A stretch of DNA of 64,000 bases from Promethearchaeota archaeon (lineage in GTDB: Archaea; Asgardarchaeota; Lokiarchaeia; Sigyniarchaeales; SOKP01), in NCBI GenBank assembly GCA_011364975.1, contig RDOE01000006.1, forward strand, positions 1 through 64,000. Direction: 5' to 3'. Shown here piece after piece: positions 40,050-50,212 of the stretch. The position numbers and the translations under genes are program-made. Below the pieces are notes generated by a model. That model was given only the letters and a program-made list of their open reading frames with translations. It ran no database searches and was not told the origin of the DNA. The stretch's first letter is position 1, and each line of letters opens with the position of its first letter.

Positions 40050-40820
40050 TTGGATAATATAATTTTAAGGGAATATATTGATTCATATCGGGGAAATATA
40101 CCTTTAATTTTATCTGTACCGCATGGTGGTAATATAAAACTTCCAGCAATACCTGATAGAGTTGATGGGATTCTTGGAATAGATTTAAAAACTATAGAAC
40201 TTGCATATGATTTAATCGATTCCATAAAAACATATATTAAGAAATCAAAAAAATTAAAAAAATCCCCTTCATATTTGATATCTCTCATATCACGCAGTAA
40301 AATTGACTTTAATAGAGATGAATCAGAAGCATTTAACCAAAAATCTAATTTAGCAAAAAAATTTTTTAATTTTTATCATCAAAAATTAATGGAATTCATT
40401 AATTTCAATTTAAGAACATTTAACACATCATTATTAATAGATATTCATGGTTTCGAGAGAAATAAGCGTCCTGAGGGATATCGTGATGTAGATTTAGTAT
40501 TAGGGTCTAATAATTTGGGTACTATATATGCTTTTCCCGTTCCTAAAAAATTTTGGGGGAAAAATATTCGAGGTAAAATTGTTAAAGCTTTTAATAAAAA
40601 AGGCATACTCATTGCTCCAGGACATCACCTAAGGAAAGAATATGTGTTAACTGGGGGGTATATTACAACCAAATATGGAGCAAGCAATATACCAAATAGT
40701 CAATCAATTCAAATAGAATTTTCTGATCAGGTAAGACTTTATGATAAATCATTAAGAAAAGATGTAATTAAGATTCTAACTCAAATAATCTATGACGAGT
40801 ATATTCAAAAATATATATAA
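40050..40820 (+). CDS. N-formylglutamate amidohydrolase-like protein
   Basis: LSVPHGG, SRSKIDFNR, LLIDIHG, GGYIT, IQIEF. Confidence 0.78.
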   Translation: MDNIILREYIDSYRGNIPLILSVPHGGNIKLPAIPDRVDGILGIDLKTIELAYDLIDSIKTYIKKSKKLKKSPSYLISLISRSKIDFNRDESEAFNQKSNLAKKFFNFYHQKLMEFINFNLRTFNTSLLIDIHGFERNKRPEGYRDVDLVLGSNNLGTIYAFPVPKKFWGKNIRGKIVKAFNKKGILIAPGHHLRKEYVLTGGYITTKYGASNIPNSQSIQIEFSDQVRLYDKSLRKDVIKILTQIIYDEYIQKYI

Positions 40821-40905
40821 ATAATATATGCGAATATAAAGAAATATATAATAATACTCCTTCTAATATATCAAAAAATAATTAACACCTATTTTTATTG
40901 CGTCT

Positions 40906-41241
40906 ATGACTGGAGATAAAATAGATATTGAAGATTTGGAATCTTTTATCGATGGTTTGAAAATCTCCATGGATATGCTTGATGGAGCCGATCCTGCCAA
41001 ATCAAAAGGATTTCAAGCACAGCTGGCGAAAACTATCTCAGATCTGAGAGTAAAACGAGTTCAGCTATTTGAACCAATACCTAAAATATTAGGGAATGTT
41101 ACAAAAGAAGATATTAAGAATTATTTACTTAAAGAGTTATCAATATTAATGGATTATCTAAATAAGCAAGAATATCCAAGTGGTAAATTCAAATTAGTCA
41201 AAAAAATTGTGGATTTGAGAGCAGAAATAACCCATTTATGA
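40906..41241 (+). CDS. Hypothetical protein
   Basis: 111-aa helical ORF with ATG start. Confidence 0.55.
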   Translation: MTGDKIDIEDLESFIDGLKISMDMLDGADPAKSKGFQAQLAKTISDLRVKRVQLFEPIPKILGNVTKEDIKNYLLKELSILMDYLNKQEYPSGKFKLVKKIVDLRAEITHL

Positions 41242-41292
41242 TAGTTAATCTATAAAACAAAGTTAAAAAGCTCGTATGTAATGGTGATTTGA

Positions 41293-42054
41293 ATATTAAT
41301 TGATGTACACTGTCATGCTAACCTTTATTTACTCATATCGAATGTAATTGAAGATGCAAAACAAGTTGGAGTAAACAAAATTATTGCGGTAGGAATGAGC
41401 TCAACAAGTCAAGAAAGAATCTTAGAAATTGCTGCTCAATATAAAGAAATATTTCCCTCATTAGGGATTCATCCTGAAGAAGTAAAAATGAATAAAAAAA
41501 TTGAAAGTGAACTTGAAAAGATCACAGAATTAATCCTAAAAAATGAACATAATATTTGCGCAATAGGAGAGATTGGTCTAGATCATCATTTTATAAAAGA
41601 AAAGGATTTATATCCTCTTCAAAAGAGAATTTTCGAAAATATGTTGAATATAGCACAGGATTTACAATTGCCTGTAAATTTACATACAAAGGGTGCTGAA
41701 AAATTAGTATTTGAAACCTTACCTTCTTATAACATTCCAAATGTCAATATTCATTGGTATTCGGGTCCAGAGACTTATTTAAAGATCGGGATCGATAGAG
41801 GATATTATTTCTCAATAACACCTGCTATTAATTATTCTCCTGCGGTCAAAAATACAGCAACTGTTGTTGAAAAAGAATATCTTCTTTTAGAAAGTGACGG
41901 TCCAGTAAAATATGCTAATGAAATTGGGGCTCCGTATATGATTGCCAATGTATTAAAAATAATATCTGATCTAAAGAAATTAGATATAAAAGAAATGGAA
42001 ATTCAAATTGAAAATAATACAAGAAAAATTTTTCCTAAACTATTCTCAATTTAG
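41293..42054 (+). CDS. tatD: TatD family nuclease (probable ATA start)
   Basis: N-terminal LIDVHCH lies upstream of the tracked ATG 41395; GIHP, IGEIGLD, LLESDGP; GGTGA 5 nt before ATA 41293, in-frame TGA immediately before. Confidence 0.9.
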   Translation: MLIDVHCHANLYLLISNVIEDAKQVGVNKIIAVGMSSTSQERILEIAAQYKEIFPSLGIHPEEVKMNKKIESELEKITELILKNEHNICAIGEIGLDHHFIKEKDLYPLQKRIFENMLNIAQDLQLPVNLHTKGAEKLVFETLPSYNIPNVNIHWYSGPETYLKIGIDRGYYFSITPAINYSPAVKNTATVVEKEYLLLESDGPVKYANEIGAPYMIANVLKIISDLKKLDIKEMEIQIENNTRKIFPKLFSI

Positions 42055-42066
42055 TACGAAAATCTC

Positions 42067-43119
42067 CTACTTAGAGTTGCGTATTTTTTTTATACCTTCC
42101 CATAACCCAGATAAATACATTATCCCTAAAGCTCTATCGTATAAACCATAACCTGGTTTCCCTCTTTCTCCCCATATCATTCTGCCGTGATCAGGACGAA
42201 TCATTCCCTTAAAATCAATATCAACTAAAGCCTTGATAACTTTAAACATGTCAATATCTCCAAATTCAGTAGGATGAGCAACTTCAATAAAGGATTGACC
42301 ATTTATCCTCTTTATATTGCGTATATGGACAAATGGAATCCTATCCAAGGAACCAAACTTATATATACTTTTAATTAAATCCATTTTTAAATTTGGACCA
42401 AATGAACCTGTACAAAAAGTAATTCCATTTGAAGGGCTATCTATTATATCTATTAGTCTATCTAATGCTGCTTCATTAGTAATTATTCGTGGAAGATTAA
42501 AAATTGGCCATGGAGGATCATCTGGATGAATACTAAGTCTTACCCCTGCTTTCTCTGCCACAGGTATAACTCTTTTTAAGAAATATTCTAAATTTGACCA
42601 CAAAGTTTCTTCATCCACTTTAGAATAAGCCTTAAGTAAATCCTCTAACTCTGCCTTTCCATAATTCGTTGCCCATCCCGGTAATTCTATGGATTCTTCA
42701 CTTATATTTATCTTATTGATTTCATCTTGATCATACGCAAGACTCGTTGACCCATCAGGATTTTTTTTTGATAAATTAGAGCGAGTCCAATCAAATACGG
42801 GCATAAAATTATAACAGAGAACATTTATCCCTAGAAAACCCATATTTTTGATATTTTGGCAATAGTTTTCGATATATTTGTCTCGACTTCTTCTACCTAA
42901 TTTTATATCTTCATGTACTGGTATACTTTCAATAACAGATAACCTTAAACCCACAGCCTCTATCATCCTTTTTAAGGATTTAATTTGTTCTTGAGGCCAA
43001 ATTTCGCCTATTTTTACATCATAAAGAGCAGATACAATTCCACTTATTCTTGGAATCTGTTTAATATATTCAAGTGGAATTGGGTCACTTTTACCATACC
43101 ACCGAAAGGTTAATTCCAT
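42067..43119 (-). CDS. uxuA: Mannonate dehydratase
   Basis: FRWYG, ESIPVHEDIK, CYNFMPVFDWTR, HPDDPP, RPDHGR, PGYGLYDRALG. Confidence 0.96.
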   Translation of the reverse strand: MELTFRWYGKSDPIPLEYIKQIPRISGIVSALYDVKIGEIWPQEQIKSLKRMIEAVGLRLSVIESIPVHEDIKLGRRSRDKYIENYCQNIKNMGFLGINVLCYNFMPVFDWTRSNLSKKNPDGSTSLAYDQDEINKINISEESIELPGWATNYGKAELEDLLKAYSKVDEETLWSNLEYFLKRVIPVAEKAGVRLSIHPDDPPWPIFNLPRIITNEAALDRLIDIIDSPSNGITFCTGSFGPNLKMDLIKSIYKFGSLDRIPFVHIRNIKRINGQSFIEVAHPTEFGDIDMFKVIKALVDIDFKGMIRPDHGRMIWGERGKPGYGLYDRALGIMYLSGLWEGIKKIRNSK

Positions 43120-43168
43120 AGCCTATCTATGTATTTAATGATAATTCAAATTATAAATGTTTGTTCTT

Positions 43169-44023
43169 TTATACTCCTGAAAATGCTGAAAAACCACCGT
43201 CAACGGGTATTACAATTCCATTGACAAAACCAGAAGCTTCTTCATCAATTAGCCATAATAATGTTCCTAATAAATCTTCTGGTGTTCCAAATCGTTCTAA
43301 TGGAGTATGATCTAAAATTCTCTTAGCTCGAGAATTAAACGCACCATTCTTATCTATTAAAAGCGAACGATTTTGATCAGTTAAAAAGAAACCAGGAGCT
43401 ATCGCATTTACTCTTATACCAACCTTAGAAAAATAGACAGCTAACCATTGAGTAAAATTACTAACAGCAGCTTTTGCAGCACTATAGGCGGGAATTTTAC
43501 TTAATGGACGAAAAGCATTCATTGAAGATATATTAATTATTATAGCACCTTTTTGATTTATCATTTTTTTAGCAAATACTTGAGTACTTAAAAAAGTACC
43601 AAGGAAATTTAAATCAAAAACAAAATTAACACCCTCTATATCTAAATCAAAAAAATTCATAATTCCTGGTCCTTCATTATTTAAATCATTTAAGGTTAAA
43701 TATTCACTAGAAGTAGTTCCCTTAGGGTGATTTCCCCCTGCACCGTTAATTAATATGTTCCATGGACCCAACTTGTTCAATATAAGGCTTTCAGCTTTTT
43801 TCAAACTGTTTTTATCTAACACATTAGCTTCAATAGGTAAAGCAGTCCCACCTTTTTCATTAATCTTTTGTGCCACAAATTCTGCAGCTTCTCTTTTCAA
43901 GTCAATAATAGCAACTTTAATGCCATATTCTGCAATTTTTTCTGTTAGATATCCACAAAGTATTCCACCACCACCGGTCACAACCGCAATTTTTTTCTTT
44001 AAACTTGAACTAGAGGTAATCAT
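43169..44023 (-). CDS. uxuB: SDR-family D-mannonate oxidoreductase (fructuronate reductase)
   Basis: TGGGGILC, NGAGGNHP, YSAAK, NFTQWLA, PVDGGFSAFSGV; directly upstream of uxuA. Confidence 0.88.
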   Translation of the reverse strand: MITSSSSLKKKIAVVTGGGGILCGYLTEKIAEYGIKVAIIDLKREAAEFVAQKINEKGGTALPIEANVLDKNSLKKAESLILNKLGPWNILINGAGGNHPKGTTSSEYLTLNDLNNEGPGIMNFFDLDIEGVNFVFDLNFLGTFLSTQVFAKKMINQKGAIIINISSMNAFRPLSKIPAYSAAKAAVSNFTQWLAVYFSKVGIRVNAIAPGFFLTDQNRSLLIDKNGAFNSRAKRILDHTPLERFGTPEDLLGTLLWLIDEEASGFVNGIVIPVDGGFSAFSGV

Positions 44024-44071
44024 TATATTCTATTAATTCTCAGTTTGATATATGATCTTTGGTTGGTAATT

Positions 44072-45076
44072 TTAATCTTTTTTCATTAAGTTTAAAATTT
44101 CATCACTAAGTTCTTCTCTATTTTTCATGCGGTTTAGCATATCCATTACTTCTGGAATTGAATCCCCATAAATATGTAATGAATTACTAAAATCCAAATA
44201 ATGCCCCATCTCTAGATTTAACTCTTCAGCAACGTATTTTTGTATATGGATCATTCCGTTTACATTTGCTTCCCATGCTCTAAATAAATCTCTACTCCTC
44301 CAAGTAGTTTGCATTATTAATTTATTATTCTTAACTCTCATATAGATTCGCTGAAGACACGGAGGATCAAAATGGAACGGGTCCACTAACGGTCTCCAAG
44401 TTATCGCTTGAGCTCTCCTTGAATAAGGTGTTTGTCTTAATGTTTTTATAATATAATCAATTTGATTTATTCTTGGAAATTGAAGTATTTCAATTGGTAT
44501 TCTTTCTAATCCTAGTTGGTTTGAAATTTTTTGATTTAAATCGAATATAACATCATTTTTTAAGTTCCAATTAACGGAATTCCCGGACTCTTCTACTTTG
44601 TTTGCTTTCAAAAGTTTTTGATGTTGTTTAACAAAATTATGATTAATTATGCCTAAATCATAATTAACATGGATACTATCTTCTAATGAATAAGGAGCAT
44701 AATTAAAAATTCTATCATGGTATGAATAGGGAAAACTTACATCCGAATCCCAGATATAATGATCATTCACTCCTTGAAGTATTTCTTCAATATAACCACT
44801 TTGAATTGATCCTATGAGGTAAGTATCAGCCATACATCCATATACTTCATAAGAATTTCCATATTTCGTTTTTATCTTTATGACTTTATCTTTCCTCATA
44901 ATTGGATTGCTTAAGGGTTTTTTAACTTCAATTAATACTGAAGCATCCTGTGAGGGTAAATCTCCTGATTTATCATATTCGGTAATTATTTTATCTCCAT
45001 TATACAGAACTTGAGTAAGAGCAGAAAGCCAAGCCTCTCTAACATTATCTTTTGATACAAATATTACTTCAGCCAT
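44072..45076 (-). CDS. thyA: Thymidylate synthase (archaeal ThyA type) with central insertion
   Basis: FPYSYHDR, SRRAQAITW, DPPCLQ, WRSRD, AWEAN, SLHIY. Confidence 0.85.
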   Translation of the reverse strand: MAEVIFVSKDNVREAWLSALTQVLYNGDKIITEYDKSGDLPSQDASVLIEVKKPLSNPIMRKDKVIKIKTKYGNSYEVYGCMADTYLIGSIQSGYIEEILQGVNDHYIWDSDVSFPYSYHDRIFNYAPYSLEDSIHVNYDLGIINHNFVKQHQKLLKANKVEESGNSVNWNLKNDVIFDLNQKISNQLGLERIPIEILQFPRINQIDYIIKTLRQTPYSRRAQAITWRPLVDPFHFDPPCLQRIYMRVKNNKLIMQTTWRSRDLFRAWEANVNGMIHIQKYVAEELNLEMGHYLDFSNSLHIYGDSIPEVMDMLNRMKNREELSDEILNLMKKD

Positions 45077-45313
45077 AATTCGAAACCTTAATTAATACAC
45101 TAAACAAGATATTTTTTTGATTTTATAATTTTTTTGTTAAAACTTTAACAAAGATCGTTAAAAACACTTATTATTCAAATCTTTATTAAAAAAGATCTTT
45201 TTTTTTAAAATTTTGATAATATACTTCATCTCTTTAAAAAATTAGCGCTAAAAATTTATATTTTAATTAATTTAAACTATCAAAACTACATAAAATTAAG
45301 AGATAAATTAGGT

Positions 45314-45607
45314 ATGATTTCTCTGAAGTTTAGATTTGAGCCCCCATTCAATGAAATAACTAAGAGTACTAATCAGACACTTCATTTTGATAAAGAGTTA
45401 TCCCTTAATGAATTATTGGAGCAACTGAAGGTTCGATATGGAGAAACATTTTACGAATTACTTTGGGATAAGAAAAACAAGTCTGATTTCAGCTCGTTTC
45501 TCTCTATCATCATTAATGGGAAAAGTTATAGAGATGAAAACTTTCTTAATACAATTTTAAGAGATGGAGACGATATAGCCTTTCTTTATCTATATTTTGG
45601 TGGTTAA
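45314..45607 (+). CDS. MoaD/ThiS/SAMP-like ubiquitin-fold protein
   Basis: IIINGK, LRDGDDIAFL, C-terminal GG. Confidence 0.88.
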   Translation: MISLKFRFEPPFNEITKSTNQTLHFDKELSLNELLEQLKVRYGETFYELLWDKKNKSDFSSFLSIIINGKSYRDENFLNTILRDGDDIAFLYLYFGG

Positions 45608-45622
45608 CCTTAAAATATTTAG

Positions 45623-46654
45623 TTAAATGATATATATTAACCACATTGTAAAACCTGTCAATAAAGGATTCAAGATATTGTCAGAAATATATATAGTAAA
45701 ATAATCGATTAAAAGAAAGATACATGTTGATAAAATTGCCATCATAAGAATCTTGATTATACTTATTGGCATTAAATAATAGTATCCATTTAAAACTAGC
45801 AACACAACAATGAATGTACTCAACCCTCCTGCTATGAAACCTTCGATTGTCTTTTTCGAATTTTTTCTCAATTTGTGCGAACCAAACTTCTTTCCTATAA
45901 TACATGCTAAAGCATCTGCTCCAGTGGTTATTATTGCAACTGAGGCGAATATTGGAAAGGGCGTAAATATAAATGGAGTAAATGATAAAACTAGAGGCGT
46001 AGACGCAATAAATGTTTCAGTTTCTTCAGGTCTCATAGATAAATACCACTTTCTTGCCCAATTTGGCAGCATATAATACTTATTTAATCGGGCAAGATCT
46101 GCAATTTGAAACATAAACACAAAAGCAAATCCTATTGTTACTATTAACCAATGCGAAAAACTATAATTATCCAAACCAAATTGCGACAAAAAACCACTAT
46201 TTTCAAGAATAGTTCCTAATGTCCATAAAATAAAAATTACAGAGCAAGTAAATAGATGTAAAATTTTTCTTCCAAATTCACTCTTTACACTTTCATCCCA
46301 GTTATCATAAACTTTTTGCACATAATCATAATAATCTCTTTTAGCCATTATTTCAGGATTCTTCTTCGATAAATTTGAATTATATCTTAAAACAAAACCC
46401 CATACAATCATTTCTATAATAAATACAAAAGAAGATGTTGCCCATAAGAAATTTAATGTAAGAGTGGATAAAGAATTTGAATGATATTGGAACATAAAAG
46501 GAAAAATAACACCAGAAATAAAAAATAAAAGTACTAACATTAATTCATTTAAAAATAATTTTTTCTGAATTTTTTCTTTTCTATGCTGAATCAAATAGAT
46601 GAAAGTTATGATTGAATATCCGATAAGAATTAAACTTGTAGGTAAAAACAACAT
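45623..46654 (-). CDS. CTP-dependent isoprenol/diacylglycerol kinase family membrane protein (dolichol/phytol kinase-like)
   Basis: RKILH, GADALACIIGKKFG, KKTIEG, SDNILNP. Confidence 0.8.
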   Translation of the reverse strand: MLFLPTSLILIGYSIITFIYLIQHRKEKIQKKLFLNELMLVLLFFISGVIFPFMFQYHSNSLSTLTLNFLWATSSFVFIIEMIVWGFVLRYNSNLSKKNPEIMAKRDYYDYVQKVYDNWDESVKSEFGRKILHLFTCSVIFILWTLGTILENSGFLSQFGLDNYSFSHWLIVTIGFAFVFMFQIADLARLNKYYMLPNWARKWYLSMRPEETETFIASTPLVLSFTPFIFTPFPIFASVAIITTGADALACIIGKKFGSHKLRKNSKKTIEGFIAGGLSTFIVVLLVLNGYYYLMPISIIKILMMAILSTCIFLLIDYFTIYISDNILNPLLTGFTMWLIYII

Positions 46655-46721
46655 AAATTATCTAATTATATCAATATTGATTATATAAATTAATTTGATC
46701 AGATCTTAAATATAATTTTTA

Positions 46722-47828
46722 TTAGATCCAAATTAAAAAAATTGTAACCATATCTAACCGGAATAAGAACTCTATTACTGTGTACACTAATCCTAAACCA
46801 ATAGGTAATAGTAGATTATCAGATAATTTTAAAGGTTTGTTGGTGATAACATCAAATATTAAAAAGAATAATGTAAATATAACTGCCCAGTTAAACCCCA
46901 TAAAAAACAAGCTAATAATAAAACAACTAATAGTTCCGGCTATTGTTCCTTGCCAGGATTTTTCTTGATTCCATTTAATCTTAGTTTTACCATATCTAAT
47001 TCCAATTTGGCTAGTTAATAAATCTGAAATAGAACTTATCCCTAAAATTGCGAAAAAAACCATTGGAGGAGTTATAAATGCAGCAAACATCTGACCGAGT
47101 GTAAAATAAAGATAAGCACCATAACTTAATTTTTCTTCCTCAGAAAAAAATATTCGGCATACAAAGTTAAATGGAAAAGCAAACAATGCTGTCTTTCTGG
47201 TAAACTCATTTGCTAACATAATTAAATTCAAACAATAAAAAAAGAAAAATAAAAGATAATAAAACCAACCTAATGAAAAAAGAACGTCTCTTATGTTATT
47301 GGGGTTCATTATTAACCCAAAATATAATCTGCCCATATCGTTTATTTCAGGGATCATTCCACTAGTCGACCCTGAAAAATCAATTACAAAAGCAGTTCCG
47401 ATGTACCACACTATAAACAAGCCAATAAACATTATTACATGAGGTATTTTCCTCAGAGTATCCCTCATAATTTTAGACCTCTTTTTTGAGCTCTCCTCAA
47501 CCCTCAGCCAAAATTGATTAAAATCTCTATTGAAAGCAATTTTTTTAATTAGAAAAACTATAATCGTTGAAATGATTATTACTAAGCCTATTATTAATAT
47601 TGGTAAACTTAGTGTATAAGAAAACATAGGAATTATATCTATATAGAGTGTTGGATCTTGATTCATTAATAGCATTACCAAAAGAATATTAATAAAAGTA
47701 AAAAGTAGAGCTCCAAATCCAAAAATATTGTTTATGAAATCTTTTTTAAAAGAAAAATGCATATACCAAAATAATATTAGAAAATATGATCCTAAAAGAA
47801 GCAAAAACCAAATTATATACAAATCCAT
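46722..47828 (-). CDS. CTP-dependent isoprenol/diacylglycerol kinase family membrane protein (second copy)
   Basis: RKIPH, SDLLTSQIGIRYG, EKSWQG, SDNLLLP. Confidence 0.78.
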   Translation of the reverse strand: MDLYIIWFLLLLGSYFLILFWYMHFSFKKDFINNIFGFGALLFTFINILLVMLLMNQDPTLYIDIIPMFSYTLSLPILIIGLVIIISTIIVFLIKKIAFNRDFNQFWLRVEESSKKRSKIMRDTLRKIPHVIMFIGLFIVWYIGTAFVIDFSGSTSGMIPEINDMGRLYFGLIMNPNNIRDVLFSLGWFYYLLFFFFYCLNLIMLANEFTRKTALFAFPFNFVCRIFFSEEEKLSYGAYLYFTLGQMFAAFITPPMVFFAILGISSISDLLTSQIGIRYGKTKIKWNQEKSWQGTIAGTISCFIISLFFMGFNWAVIFTLFFLIFDVITNKPLKLSDNLLLPIGLGLVYTVIEFLFRLDMVTIFLIWI

Positions 47829-47910
47829 AATTATTTCAAATTAATTATATTTATTGTACATATTAAATCTAGAGGTTTTAAAAACTTTTAAAAATCGTTA
47901 TTGATAATTA

Positions 47911-48513
47911 ATGAAAAAAATAATTCTTGCCTCAAGATCTGTAGATAGAAGCGAATTATTAAAGCGCGCTAAAATACCATTTGAAATAATATTCTCGAAT
48001 ATTGAGGAGGAGTATTATAAAAGAATTATTTCAAATCCTTATCAATTAGTTAAGGAACTTGCTAAAGCAAAAGTGCTTGATGTTAAACAAAGATTATTTC
48101 AAAAGAAAGAAGATGCATTAATCATAGCGGCAGATACAATTGTCGAACTCAAAGGAAAAATACTTGGAAAGGCGAATAACAAAGAACAGGCGTTCCAAAT
48201 ATTAAATAAATTAAGCAATAACTCGCATAATCTTATTACTGGATTTGCAATTACAGATGTAATAGGTCCTAAATTAGTATGTGGTTATGATCAGACTATT
48301 GTTTATTTTTCTAATATCACTGAAAGAGAGATAAATCAGTATATTGAATCAGATGAATGGATGGGAAGAGCAGGGGCTTATTCTATTAGAGATAAAGCAG
48401 CACTCTTTATTGATTCAATAGAAGGTTCTTTTTCAAATGTAATAGGCTTACCTCTTAATAAAATATTTAAAGTACTGAAAAAGGAATTCAATTTGAATCT
48501 TTTAGAATTATAA
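47911..48513 (+). CDS. maf: Maf family nucleotide pyrophosphatase
   Basis: IILASRSVDRSELL, AADTIV, ILGKA, RAGAYSI, NVIGLP. Confidence 0.93.
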   Translation: MKKIILASRSVDRSELLKRAKIPFEIIFSNIEEEYYKRIISNPYQLVKELAKAKVLDVKQRLFQKKEDALIIAADTIVELKGKILGKANNKEQAFQILNKLSNNSHNLITGFAITDVIGPKLVCGYDQTIVYFSNITEREINQYIESDEWMGRAGAYSIRDKAALFIDSIEGSFSNVIGLPLNKIFKVLKKEFNLNLLEL

Positions 48514-48536
48514 AACCCTAAATTTTTTAAAAATAT

Positions 48537-48707
48537 TTAAACCTCTCTATCTCTGCGCAAAGTTTTCAAACTTTCGTAAAACCTGAGTATTTTTTCTAAT
48601 TTTGAGGCAATATTATTATAATATATTTGGTCAGCAAATTCACTTTTAGCTAAGTTTTTAGCGATAGCGATATCCTGTTTATAACTTTGTATTTTTTCAT
48701 CCAGCAT
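48537..48707 (-). CDS. Putative small helical protein (56 aa, not in ORF track)
   Basis: Manual translation MLDEKIQSYKQDIAIAKNLAKSEFADQIYYNNIASKLEKILRFYESLKTLRRDREV; convergent with maf. Confidence 0.55.
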   Translation of the reverse strand: MLDEKIQSYKQDIAIAKNLAKSEFADQIYYNNIASKLEKILRFYESLKTLRRDREV

Positions 48708-48882
48708 ATAAGATTCTCAAAACCTACGATATTTATTTTAGAAAAATATCTATATATTACTTTCGTATTACAATGCGGAGAATCGATTAAATTCTAGAAC
48801 GAGTACAATGTGAAGAAAATTTAAATGCTATAATATGTTAATAACATAATTAAAATGAAATTTTCATTTGAGATGAGATATA

Positions 48883-49218
48883 ATGGCTAAACATTATAAA
48901 AATGAAAAAATAATGAAGTTTCTAACTATTCTTGGAGCCTTAATTGGATTGGTTACCCTGATCCTATATATTCTAGGGCTTGAAAATTATGGTTTTGTCA
49001 ACCCTGTTTTAGCTTTAGACCGCGTTTTCAACTTCATTATCGGATTGGTAATAGTCTTTCTTACTTTTCTTGTAGCATTGAAACCTGATAAACCATTACC
49101 TTTTCATTGGCTTGTATTGTTCTTATTAGGTGTTTTTCTTGTTATATTCGGAGCAGGAATTATCTCTTGCGTTCTTGTAATCATTGCTTCATTAATTGGA
49201 TTGTTAGAAAGCATCTAA
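48883..49218 (+). CDS. Small hydrophobic membrane protein
   Basis: About 4 TM segments. Confidence 0.65.
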   Translation: MAKHYKNEKIMKFLTILGALIGLVTLILYILGLENYGFVNPVLALDRVFNFIIGLVIVFLTFLVALKPDKPLPFHWLVLFLLGVFLVIFGAGIISCVLVIIASLIGLLESI

Positions 49219-49270
49219 AATCTTAATTCATTTTTTCCTTTTTACACTCTATTTCTTCCTTTTATAAAAA

Positions 49271-50146
49271 TTAAACATTATTGAGAAAATAATTAACAAT
49301 TTCTTCAGCAAGATTAATTTCTGTTACCTTCTGCAGAGCAGTAAATCCTGGAATGGAATTAACTTCCAAAATGGATAAACCCTTCTTCGTTTCGACAATA
49401 TCAACACCGGCAATCTCAGTTCTTGTTACTTTTGCGGCTTTAACCGCTAGATTTGTAAGTTCTTTTGTTAAGTCAATTGGTTTCATGGTTGCTCCGGCAT
49501 GAATATTGGTTTTCCAAGTATCACTTACTCTATACATTCCTGCAATCGCTTTATCACCTAATACTAAAATTCTTATATCTCGATTTTTATGTTCAACAAA
49601 TTCTTGAAGATAAAACACTTCATTTAGTTGTCCAAGAGTATAAATTACATTTTCAGCAAATCCCTTATCCCGTATCCTTGTAATACCAACTCCTCTCGAG
49701 CCATAAAGTGGTTTTATTACCACATCGTTCCCAAGTTCTTCGAAAGCAATAATAGCATCTTCAGGATTTTCACATATTATAGTTTTCGGGGTAGGTAAGT
49801 TATGTTTTTCTAAAAAAAGAGACGTTAAGAACTTGTCACTTGCTATTTCTAAAGATTGTCTAGAATTGATTAACTTCAAACCATATTCTTCCATAGCACT
49901 TAGTAAATCTAACCTAAAAAAGATCTTTTGTGTAATAGCTGCACCAAAACCTCTAACTAGTGCTCCATAGGGATCTAAATCATCAAAAAGTGCTCCAAAA
50001 CTAGATTTTTCTATATTTACCTTTACTGACGATGGTATGAAATATTGAATATCATAACCTCTCTTATTAAACTCTTTTGAGAGTACGAAAACTTCAGGAT
50101 CAGAGGGTTTGGGAGTAATAATCATTGATTTCATACAAATACACAA
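49271..50146 (-). CDS. RimK-family ATP-grasp alpha-L-glutamate ligase (MptN/CofF-like)
   Basis: FFRLDLL, DKFLTS, IKPLYGSRGVG, WKTNIHAG, LEVNSIPGF. Confidence 0.9.
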   Translation of the reverse strand: MCICMKSMIITPKPSDPEVFVLSKEFNKRGYDIQYFIPSSVKVNIEKSSFGALFDDLDPYGALVRGFGAAITQKIFFRLDLLSAMEEYGLKLINSRQSLEIASDKFLTSLFLEKHNLPTPKTIICENPEDAIIAFEELGNDVVIKPLYGSRGVGITRIRDKGFAENVIYTLGQLNEVFYLQEFVEHKNRDIRILVLGDKAIAGMYRVSDTWKTNIHAGATMKPIDLTKELTNLAVKAAKVTRTEIAGVDIVETKKGLSILEVNSIPGFTALQKVTEINLAEEIVNYFLNNV

Positions 50147-50212
50147 TTTATAAATTACTTAATTCTTCTAGCACTAAATAAATAAATAAATTTAATTTCT
50201 TTAAAAATATAT

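Noticed and set aside
41281-41295. Selenocysteine or stop read-through at ATG GTG ATT TGA upstream of tatD
   Set aside because: TatD homologues begin at M-L-I-D, the position is not a Cys site, and the GGTGA is better explained as a ribosome-binding site
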